Source: Bacteroidota bacterium
GTDB taxonomy: Bacteria; Bacteroidota; Ignavibacteria; Kapaibacteriales; UBA2268
Length of the DNA stretch: 59,163 bases
NCBI GenBank assembly: GCA_021824625.1
Contig: JAKAKE010000008.1
Coordinates: 1 to 59,163, forward strand
Reading direction: 5' to 3'
Position numbers and translations under genes: made by a program. Numbering within the stretch: position 1 is the stretch's first letter; each line of letters starts with the position of its first letter. The notes beneath the pieces were generated by a model. The model did not search any database, was not told where the DNA came from, and saw only the letters and a list, made by a program, of their open reading frames with translations. This document shows positions 58,037-59,163 of this stretch, one piece after another.

Positions 58037-59163
58037 ATGAAAGATAAAATTGTATATATCTGCCAATCCTGCGGCACTCAAAGCATGAAGTGGCTCGGCC
58101 GCTGTAATGAGTGCGGCACTTGGGGTTCATTTGTCGAGGAAGTAATTAAGTCCTCATCAAAGAGCAAAGGGCATACCTTAAAAAAAGCAGATATTGTTAA
58201 GCTTGGTTCAATAAGCAATGAAAAGGAATACAGGCTCAAATCGGGAATACCTGAATTAGACAGGGTTCTCGGTGGCGGGATTATTCCCGGTTCTTTGGTA
58301 TTAGTAGGAGGAGACCCCGGAATTGGCAAATCCACACTAATGCTCCAAATGTGCGGCGGTTTAAAAAATAATAATCCACTATATGTTACAGGTGAAGAAT
58401 CTCTCGAGCAAATAAGGTACAGGTCGCAGCGATTAGAAAATATATCTGATGACTTATTGCTTCTTGCCGAAACAAACATTGAGCAAATAAATTATGTTAT
58501 AAAATCAGAAAATTGTAATGTTGCTGTCGTAGATTCTATCCAGGCTGTTTTTTCTGACAGGATTGACTCAGCACCGGGTTCCGTTGTGCAGGTCAGAGAA
58601 TGTGCTTCACTTCTAATGCAGACAGCAAAGCAAACAGGAAAATCAATTTTCATAATCGGACATGTAACAAAAGAAGGTATAATAGCAGGACCCAAACTTC
58701 TTGAGCATATGGTTGACACTGTCCTTCAGTTTGAAGGAGAAAAGAATTATTCATACAGGATTTTGAGAGCGGCTAAAAACAGGTTTGGCTCCACAAATGA
58801 AATCGGGATTTTTGAAATGATCCAATCGGGTCTTAAAGAAGTTAAAAATCCTTCTGAAATATTTCTTGCTCACCGGAATAATGAATCTTCAGGTATAGCT
58901 ATTGTAGCGGCTCTCGAAGGAACTCGCCCGCTTCTGCTCGAAGTGCAGGCATTGGTTACTCCCTCATATTATGGAATGCCTCAGAGAACTGTGAACGGAT
59001 ATGATTTGAGACGTGTTCAGATGCTTCTTGCAGTGCTTGAGAAAAGGCTTGGTCTAAGGTTTAGCCAGCATGATGTTTTTGTAAATGTTGCCGGTGGATT
59101 ATACCTTGAAGACACATCGGCGGATTTGGGAATAGCCGCGGCATTGGTAAGCTCCCTGCGGGA
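58037..59163 (+). CDS. radA: DNA repair protein RadA/Sms (3' truncated; absent from the ORF track)
   Basis: Manual translation gives MKDKIVYICQSCGTQSMKWLGRCNECGTWGSF, then GGDPGIGKSTL and KNRFG. Confidence 0.97.
   Translation, partial: MKDKIVYICQSCGTQSMKWLGRCNECGTWGSFVEEVIKSSSKSKGHTLKKADIVKLGSISNEKEYRLKSGIPELDRVLGGGIIPGSLVLVGGDPGIGKSTLMLQMCGGLKNNNPLYVTGEESLEQIRYRSQRLENISDDLLLLAETNIEQINYVIKSENCNVAVVDSIQAVFSDRIDSAPGSVVQVRECASLLMQTAKQTGKSIFIIGHVTKEGIIAGPKLLEHMVDTVLQFEGEKNYSYRILRAAKNRFGSTNEIGIFEMIQSGLKEVKNPSEIFLAHRNNESSGIAIVAALEGTRPLLLEVQALVTPSYYGMPQRTVNGYDLRRVQMLLAVLEKRLGLRFSQHDVFVNVAGGLYLEDTSADLGIAAALVSSLR

Noticed and set aside
645-58719. The many 60-165 aa ORFs overlapping long genes (e.g. 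645-944, 14722-15216, 47244-47684, 58078-58479)
   Set aside because: They are antisense or off-frame shadows of well-supported genes with no independent motifs.

Overview
AT-rich chromosomal window from an FCB-group bacterium. T9SS C-terminal domains, TAnnTTTG promoters and a long SecA point to Ignavibacteria/Kapabacteria; this placement is inference. Most of the window is housekeeping. It holds a phosphate-starvation locus (internally duplicated T9SS protein, porin, pstSCAB-phoU-phoR, Pho-box-like array, no phoB), a TetR-TolC-MFP-RND efflux operon and an ApbE/DUF3570/DUF4266/TlpA flavinylation cluster with two cytochrome-c lipoproteins. Other genes include mutS2, yqeY, yfhO, tmk, rsmI, tadA, purL, def, an orphan nuoF, mtgA, queA, secA, an addA-like gene, ftsY and a partial radA. 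I found no rRNA, tRNA, CRISPR array, integrase or transposase. The unusual signal is below gene scale. (1) A yhcG/DUF1016 nuclease gene carries an in-frame array of four same-geometry DNA palindromes with compensatory changes. (2) Two integrase-less toxin-antitoxin-type cassettes of about 650-690 bp are each bracketed by long direct repeats, and one appears to have replaced the 3' end of rsmI. (3) A CCCCCTTT/AAAGGGGG hairpin family occurs at six loci, including in-frame and tandemly amplified copies inside addA. (4) Degenerate heptamer runs sit at many gene ends with consistent strand polarity. All calls come from reading motifs by eye; no database searches were run.
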